A stretch of DNA of 62,969 nt, the filler included, from Octopus bimaculoides (Eukaryota), in the NCBI RefSeq assembly GCF_001194135.2. It is 6 parts of 6 records of this genome, joined end to end, with 100 filler letters (N's around TTAATTAATTAA, not from the genome) between each part and the next. Parts side by side here need not be neighbours in the genome. Positions count along the whole stretch, not along the records: positions 61,880 to 62,969 come from NW_026361266.1; 5 more parts are not named here. One strand, given 5' to 3'. Made by a program: the position numbers and the translations under genes. The first letter of the stretch is position 1. Every line of letters begins with the position of its first letter. The notes under the pieces are model-generated. The model worked only from the letters and a program-made list of their open reading frames with translations, was not told where the DNA came from and made no database searches. This document shows positions 62,830 to 62,969 of the stretch, one piece after another.

Positions 62830-62969
62830 CCTTGGCCCCTGACGCATGACCCTTGGCCCCTGACTCTTGACGCTTGGCACTTGACCCTTGAACCTTAACC
62901 TTTGACACTTGACATTTGACCCTTAGCCCCTGACCTTTGACACTTGACATTTGACCCTTAGACCCTGAC
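62830..62969. repeat. 7-bp period repeat (consensus ~[C/A]CTTGAC), running off the window end
   Basis: ccttggc ccctgac gcatgac ccttggc ccctgac tcttgac ... (20 units). Confidence 0.9.

Overview
Repeat-saturated animal DNA, most likely an Octopus-type (coleoid cephalopod) draft assembly. This is inferred from the SINE families and the (TA)n/(CA)n/(AAT)n load and was not checked against a database. The window is not one locus. Five identical 100-bp artificial spacers (N44-TTAATTAATTAA-N44) join six separate scaffolds: 1-16867, 16968-22410, 22511-34472, 34573-49084, 49185-61779 and 61880-62969. I found no intact host gene, rRNA, true tRNA or CRISPR array, and most long ORFs in the track are microsatellite or N read-through. 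The real content is decayed mobile DNA: a near-full-length Tx1/L1-clade LINE, two RTE families (one with a PHD finger inside the RT, one with three C-terminal C2H2 fingers), many R4/Dong pieces, a HERO-like piece, Penelope-like elements (PLEs), three tRNA-derived SINE families, hAT/mariner/piggyBac/Tigger/DD37D DNA elements, Helitron traces and a telomere-like composite satellite. The most interesting signal is a set of PLE-type hammerhead ribozyme (HHR) motifs from several unrelated families. They include a family with a U3-A8 core in place of C3-G8, one fused behind a tRNA-like SINE head, two with very long stem-II inserts, and several arranged as fold-back inverted repeats, one pair of which brackets a 1.9-kb segment carrying a HERO LINE fragment. 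All structures and alignments were read by eye and none were computed.
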